Source: an uncultured Gammaproteobacteria bacterium
GTDB lineage: Bacteria; Pseudomonadota; Gammaproteobacteria; UBA9214
Direction of reading: 5' to 3'
DNA length: 64,000 nucleotides
NCBI GenBank assembly: GCA_963748215.1
Contig: CAVVHS010000008.1
Location: 462,297 to 526,296 of the forward strand
The number at the start of each line of letters is the position of its first letter. Position 1 is the first letter of the stretch. The position numbers and the translations under genes are program-made. The notes beneath the pieces were generated by a model. The model was given only the letters and a program-made list of their open reading frames with translations. It did not search any database and was not told the DNA's origin. This document shows, one piece after another, positions 58,307-64,000 of this stretch.

Positions 58307-60265
58307 ATGTTCGCCCCATACGAATTCAGCCCCAAAATCAATCCGGTGACGGTCTTCCTTCTCGCCGTTTTACTGACAATTGTTGCCGCAATCCCGCGCC
58401 TGTATAACCTGGGCGGGTTAAGTTTTTACATGGATGAGGAAACTACTGCTTTCGCCTCCAGATCGATGGCTGAGGGGAAAGGACCGCAAATGCCCAGCGG
58501 AATGCCCTATCATCGCGCACTCCCACATTCGTGGTTGAATTCCCTCTCTGCCAGATTGATCGGATTAAATGACGAGATATCTTACAGACTACCTGGTGCG
58601 ATACTCGGTATTTTAACGGCTCCACTAATCTTTGTACTGGCCAGGCCCTTCGTGGGCACGCAGATCGCATTTCTGGCGGCTCTGCTGCTCGCGCTGTCTG
58701 AATGGCACATCATTATTTCCAGACAGGCAAGAATGTATGCACCATTCATCTTTGTTTACGTTGCCACCGTGTTCACCATATTACATTGGACTCAAAAAGA
58801 TGAATTCAGGTATCTGGCGCTGTCCGGTGCCCTGTTTATTCTCTCGACAACTTTTCACAGCCTCGGTATTTTTGCAGCTTTTATTCCGCTTATAGCGCTT
58901 TCTATAAAAGGTTTCGCAAAAACACCACAATACAAACTGATTGCTTTTTCGCTCGTCGCCGGGGCGACTGCTTATCTCTATAGCCAGATGTTTACCGCAG
59001 CTCCGTATCAGGAATGGGCCAATGCTCATGCCGTTATAAGCATCGATACAGGATCCGGCAATTTTCTGTCCCGGCACATTGCCACAAATGGCCTGCTTAT
59101 AGTGCAAGGCATAGTTGGACTGTTACTGGGTATCTGGCTGGGTCGTAGCTCCGGCTTTTCGGACAGTGACAATGGCAAGGAATTCCGGATTCTGGCCGGA
59201 TATCTGCTTGCGATAGCATTTGGATGCTTGGCATGCACCGGGCAATTACACGGTGCATTTCTGGCGATTTTACTGATATTACTACTCTACCCTGGTTCAC
59301 TTGGTGACTACCTGAAACAGGCCTATAAACCGCTCGTCGCCATTACAGTCATCACGATAATAGTCTCTGTTGCAGTCATTTATGAATCTGGACTGGTGCC
59401 AGGGATTAAATCACTGTTTACTTTTCCCTACCCGAACTGGATTGTTTTAAACACGATATCTCCCGGCATCACTCTGCTGTTCATACTCACCATGTTATTC
59501 CTGGCAACAACAAAAAAGAGCACAGATAAAACTGTCATCATGGTCTTGCTGGCAAGCGCCCTGTTTCCTATTATCGCCGTAGGCATTTTCAAAAAATGGG
59601 CGCCTGCCCGGTATCTGATACAGGCACACCCGTTTATGTTGATAGTGAGTGCATATACGCTGCACGTATTTGCCAGTACATTCCTCCAGCGTTTCAACAT
59701 AAACAAGCAAGCCATGCCTGCCATCATCACAGGCCTGGTTGCATTATCAGGGATTCTTGGGGGGCATGGGCTGGTACAAGCCTATAAAGCAGGGACCGTC
59801 CAGCATGGTGAAAGCCTGAATGCAGCAGCGCTTGGCTTTCCGATCTATCCTGATCACAAGTTTCCCGGTGAATATGTGGCAAAACACAGAAAGCCTGATG
59901 ACATCATTGTCGCAGAGGACGTTCTACAACAACAATGGTATGCAGGAAAAGTGGATTATTGGCTACGCAGCTATGGCTCTGAATCTGGCGGTAACTTTTT
60001 ATATAAAGGAAAAGATGGAAATTTGCATGATATCTATGTCAACAGCATAGTTACTACACCAAAAATATTAGACTTTCTCACGAACAATAAAAACCAGAAA
60101 ATATGGCTAATCACCTCTAGCGAAACGTATTATCTGCGCGATTTATATCTATCAGATAACCAACGTCAATGGCTGGAAACTATAGAAAATAGCTACACAC
60201 CCGTGTTTACAGGAAAAGATGAAATTACCAGAGTCTATTGCCTGAACTGCGAGACCTTTCATTAG
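58307..60265 (+). CDS. GT-C fold (GT39/ArnT/PMT-like) membrane glycosyltransferase
   Basis: MDE after TM1, RLP, SRQARMY, many TMs, ARYL. Confidence 0.8.
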   Translation: MFAPYEFSPKINPVTVFLLAVLLTIVAAIPRLYNLGGLSFYMDEETTAFASRSMAEGKGPQMPSGMPYHRALPHSWLNSLSARLIGLNDEISYRLPGAILGILTAPLIFVLARPFVGTQIAFLAALLLALSEWHIIISRQARMYAPFIFVYVATVFTILHWTQKDEFRYLALSGALFILSTTFHSLGIFAAFIPLIALSIKGFAKTPQYKLIAFSLVAGATAYLYSQMFTAAPYQEWANAHAVISIDTGSGNFLSRHIATNGLLIVQGIVGLLLGIWLGRSSGFSDSDNGKEFRILAGYLLAIAFGCLACTGQLHGAFLAILLILLLYPGSLGDYLKQAYKPLVAITVITIIVSVAVIYESGLVPGIKSLFTFPYPNWIVLNTISPGITLLFILTMLFLATTKKSTDKTVIMVLLASALFPIIAVGIFKKWAPARYLIQAHPFMLIVSAYTLHVFASTFLQRFNINKQAMPAIITGLVALSGILGGHGLVQAYKAGTVQHGESLNAAALGFPIYPDHKFPGEYVAKHRKPDDIIVAEDVLQQQWYAGKVDYWLRSYGSESGGNFLYKGKDGNLHDIYVNSIVTTPKILDFLTNNKNQKIWLITSSETYYLRDLYLSDNQRQWLETIENSYTPVFTGKDEITRVYCLNCETFH

Positions 60266-60277
60266 ATTGTTCTCAAC

Positions 60278-61415
60278 ATGCCCGTGAAAGATACTTCTAA
60301 TCCCAAGGTGCTGCATATCGCGTCGGGAGACCTGTGGGCGGGCGCTGAAGTACAACTCTACACACTTGCAAAAACATTACATAGCAAGATCAATGTTCCT
60401 GTAAGCGTAATACTATTGAACCATGGTGAACTGGAAGACAGACTTCTCAATGCCGGCATTGAAACCATTGTATCTCGATGAAACAAAACTGAACGGACTA
60501 CAAATCCTCCATCGTCTCATTCATATCATTCGGCAACTTAATCCCGATGTTGTACACACCCACAGATCAAAGGAAAACATCCTGGGTGGTATCGCTGCCG
60601 TACTCGCTGGCGGTATCCCTTCAATCAGAACCGCTCATGGTGCCCCCGAACATCAGCCAAACTGGTGGCAATTTCCAAAACGTACCATCCGTTTTCTTGA
60701 CTGGTTAACCGGGCGCTATCTGCAAAAAAAGATCATCGCCGTATCAGATGACCTTGCCAATATCCTGAGAGAGGATTTTCCTTTAGAAAAAATAACTGTA
60801 ATAGAGAATGGTGTCGACCTGGATATCTGCCACAGCCATAACATGAAGCAGAGACGTGATGCAGGCATCGTAACAGATAATTTCAGAATTGGCCTGGCGG
60901 GCCGGCTCACCCCCGTAAAGCGGATCGACCTGTTTATCCAGACTGCGCAGTATCTTCAGGAGCATCATCCAGATCTAAACGCAAGTTTCCATATTTTTGG
61001 GGATGGACCCATGCGTAATGAACTCGAAAATCTCAGCACTAGTTTGAAAACTGGTGAAACGGTGACATTTGAGGGTCACCGGGAAGATATTCACCAAGCG
61101 CTGCATGAACTGGATATACTAATGATAACCTCCGATCATGAAGGTCTGCCCATGATTCTTCTCGAGGCCATGGCATTACAAGTTCCGGTAATTGCTCATA
61201 GCGTTGGGGGAATTCCCAGGGCTCTGGATTACGGCTCATGCGGTTTACTGGTTCAGAATCATACCCCCGCTGGCTATGGTAATGCTATTTATCAGCTGGC
61301 GGCATCACTTCCAATGCGTAATGAATTGGTAAAAAATGCGCTAAATCACGTAAACCAACATTATTCAGCCGACAAGAACGCTCGTAGTTACGTTCTGGCA
61401 TACACAGAGATATAA
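60278..61415 (+). pseudogene. Family 4 glycosyltransferase with +1 frameshift near 60473
   Basis: GDLWAGAE in one frame, GRL.PVK and EGLPMILLEAM in the next; removing one T gives ETIVLDETK. Confidence 0.8.
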
Positions 61416-61426
61416 GAAAGCGACCA

Positions 61427-62905
61427 ATGAAAAGCACATCGAACAAAATGGTAAGTCACACCTCCATCTATATGTTTGGTGACATCCTCAGGCACAGCGT
61501 CAGCGTGATAATGCTTCCGATATACACACGCTTTCTAACACCTGAAGACTATGGCACGGTCGAGCTGTTATCCATGCTTATAGACTTTGCAACGATTATA
61601 TTTGGTGCAAGGGTGGCACAAGCTGTATTTCGTTACTACTGTACAGCAACATCCATAGATGAAAAAAATAGCATTATAGCGTCTGCGCTTTTTCTTGGTT
61701 TTATGCTCAATGGGGTTGGCTCGATAATTATTGCTGTTTTATCAGAGCCATTGGCAGTCGCCATTTTTTCGGACCCCTCATTTAAAACATATATCGCACT
61801 TTTTGCGGTCACCATGTTTCTAATACCATTGAATCAAATCCCGCTGACACACATACGCGCTCAACAGAAACCCTGGCTATTCCTTTTTTTCAGTATTTTC
61901 AGACTTACCCTTCAGCTTTCACTCAATATATACTTTGTTGTGTCTCTTAACCTACATGTGGAAGGTGTAATATACAGTGCAGTAATATCCAGTATTATTA
62001 CGGCCATTCTCCTAACAGGCTACTCAATTTCAACAGCCGGGCTAAGGGTTAGAATATCTGAATGCAAAAGACTGTTCACATTCAGCCTCCCGCTAAAAAT
62101 TGCATCCTTTGCTACGTTTTACCTGACGTTTGGGGACCGATATTTTCTAAACCTCTTCTCTGACTTGTCACAGGTCGGAATTTATGCGCTGGGCTATAAA
62201 TTCGGGTTCATATTTACACTCCTCGCATGGACCCCGTTTGAGCGAATGTGGGACGCTGAGAAATATGTTGTGGCAGAAAAACCTGATGCGAAAGCGATCT
62301 ACCAAAAGACTTTCTTATATACAAGTTCTATTCTTATATTCCTTGGACTTTGTATATCACTATACTCAAAAGACCTTCTGAAAATCATGGCAGACCCTGC
62401 CTTTCTGAACGCCTATAAAATAGTTCCTATTATTATTATTGCTTATGTTTTTCAAGCGTGGTCTAAATTCTGCAACCTTGGGATACTACTAAAAGCGAAA
62501 ACCATGGATATTGCCTACTCTGAATTTTTCGCCGCTATAATTATTACGGTTGCTTATTTTTTCCTAATACCTGCTTATGGTATTTTTGGTGCCGCCTGGG
62601 CCACTGTCATCGGATTCTCAGCAAGGTTTTACTGGATAAACAAGAAGAGCATTCAATATTTCGATATGGAGTTGCCATGGACAAAGGTAATAATGACTGC
62701 AGCACTAGCACTCATTACGCTATCACTATCACTACTAGCCCCTGAAAATATATTTGAATCTATATTGATACGCACCCTGCTAATCATCCTTTTTACAACC
62801 ACTTACTTCATATCACCCATCCTCTCCAGTGGTGAAAAGGCGGAATTTTCGAAAAAGATTTTTGATCTGGCACACTCTGTAAAATCTTCATTGCCACCAC
62901 GATAG
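61427..62905 (+). CDS. Wzx-like oligosaccharide flippase
   Basis: LPIYTRFLTPEDYG, DRYFL, VGIYALG, YGIFGAAWA. Confidence 0.88.
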   Translation: MKSTSNKMVSHTSIYMFGDILRHSVSVIMLPIYTRFLTPEDYGTVELLSMLIDFATIIFGARVAQAVFRYYCTATSIDEKNSIIASALFLGFMLNGVGSIIIAVLSEPLAVAIFSDPSFKTYIALFAVTMFLIPLNQIPLTHIRAQQKPWLFLFFSIFRLTLQLSLNIYFVVSLNLHVEGVIYSAVISSIITAILLTGYSISTAGLRVRISECKRLFTFSLPLKIASFATFYLTFGDRYFLNLFSDLSQVGIYALGYKFGFIFTLLAWTPFERMWDAEKYVVAEKPDAKAIYQKTFLYTSSILIFLGLCISLYSKDLLKIMADPAFLNAYKIVPIIIIAYVFQAWSKFCNLGILLKAKTMDIAYSEFFAAIIITVAYFFLIPAYGIFGAAWATVIGFSARFYWINKKSIQYFDMELPWTKVIMTAALALITLSLSLLAPENIFESILIRTLLIILFTTTYFISPILSSGEKAEFSKKIFDLAHSVKSSLPPR

Positions 62906-62936
62906 GTGTCAAAAAAGGACAATACGGCAGCCTGTT

Positions 62937-63070
62937 AGATTCAAGGCGCTGGCAGGCGACGGCAACCGACGCCTGAAACAGCTCTTTGCGGAGAAAGAAC
63001 TTAGCATCCAGACGCCCATGACGATTGTTGAAGGAAAATATTGAGTCCTTCGCAGAAACGGCAACCCCTG
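62937..63070 (+). mobile_element. Degenerate IS3-family remnant (OrfA end / OrfB start)
   Basis: 62964-63044 translates NRRLKQLFAEKELSIQTPMTIVEGKY*, overlapped in the -1 frame by LSPSQKR. Confidence 0.55.
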
Positions 63071-63117
63071 AGATCTGTCATAAAGGTGTAATGTTACTGC
63101 CTAGCTTTACAACCAGA

Positions 63118-64000
63118 CTAGAGCTCTAAATCTTTCAACATCCTTGTAGTAACATTTCTGTGATATGAGGTCTCACTAAATAACTCTCTAGCTCTTTCGC
63201 GTGCATTCTGACCTAATTTTCTACGCGCTTCGTAATCACGTATCAATCCAGCAAGTGTTTCTGCTAGCGCATAACTGTCTCCAGGAGGAATCAAAATGCC
63301 ATACTTATCCTCCCCTACAACCTCTGGAATACCACCAACACGTGTAGCAACGAGCGCTTTACCGGCCGCCATACCTTCCGCGACAGTTGATCCGAATCCT
63401 TCTCCCCACTCTGAAGGCACCACGATAATATCAGAGTTACACGCATATTCGTGAGTGCTATCAAGCCTGCCTAGGAATATTATTTTCTCCGTGACGCTTA
63501 GTTCATGTGCCATTTGTTTAAAGCAATCCAGATCTGGGCCTGATCCAGCATACTGCAAAACGAAGTTGTTAATTTCTAATTTCTTACTGAGTATCTCAAC
63601 TGCTTTAATGAGAGTTATTATCCCTTTATGCTTGGTCGCACGTGCACAGCAAAATATAACGATTTCATGGTTTATGTTGTTAGCTCTATCAGCACATGAA
63701 TATTTCTCTATATCAATCCCATTTAATATCTTTATACTCACTTTCAGGGTAGCAATTTTTATTAATTAACCTATGACGCACAAACTCTGATATCGCATAT
63801 ACGTAATCCGCCCTAATGGAGGGCATTCGATTTGGCACTGACTTTAGAAACTTTTTTATCCCCTTTTCGGGCAACACAAAGTACGGATTTTCTACGGACA
63901 CGCGGCAATGAACGATAATCTTATAAACTCCCCATAAGCGTAGAATGGCATAAAGCCAGTGCCATGTTGGCATATCCGTTAAATATACGTACTTGATATT
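63118..64000 (-). CDS. Family 4 glycosyltransferase, 5'-truncated by the window, frameshift near 63742
   Basis: AISEFV in one frame, ILNGID..HKG..EGFG..EGMAAG in the other; frame open to window end. Confidence 0.78.

Noticed and set aside
1-64000. tRNA, rRNA, prophage, integrase or intact transposase
   Set aside because: None recognised by eye; a covariance-model scan would be needed to exclude small RNAs

Overview
Chromosomal window from a gammaproteobacterium (inferred from gene content and order). The left ~24.5 kb is GC-rich core genome: a YkgJ-type Cys-cluster gene, a FimW-like PilZ protein, a partial type II secretion operon (gspG-N, no gspC-F), DUF5063, a rubredoxin missed by the ORF track, thiD-thiE-hemL, a DedA/PAP2 protein, and a glrK-qseG-glrR-type sigma54 two-component locus flanked by two paralogous repeat-linker FnIII lipoproteins. 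Several intergenic spaces hold composite repeats (GTAG-REP doublets, CCACGG modules, GTGAGAC heptamers) in 117-134 bp tandem arrays or nested mirror symmetry. From ~24.8 kb onward lies a progressively more AT-rich surface-polysaccharide region of PEP-CTERM/XrtA type (priming GT, beta-barrel, Wza-like export protein, GTs, AsnB, Wzx, GT-C). It contains two giant modular secreted proteins sharing kb-long near-identical DNA, two DUF4185-like proteins, a Tat-exported GMC oxidoreductase and an IS3 remnant. Best candidates for new biology: (1) a GlrR circuit whose sigma54 promoter, TGTC-N10-GACA sites and IHF sites lie upstream of a surface lipoprotein plus a stand-alone copy of GlrR's own receiver domain, a possible feedback phosphate sink; (2) five CBM-like modules with a constant DNA framework and shuffled variable loops; (3) the nested multi-family repeat elements. 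Five single-base frameshifts in four genes are probably sequencing errors. All family calls come from motif recognition, not database searches.
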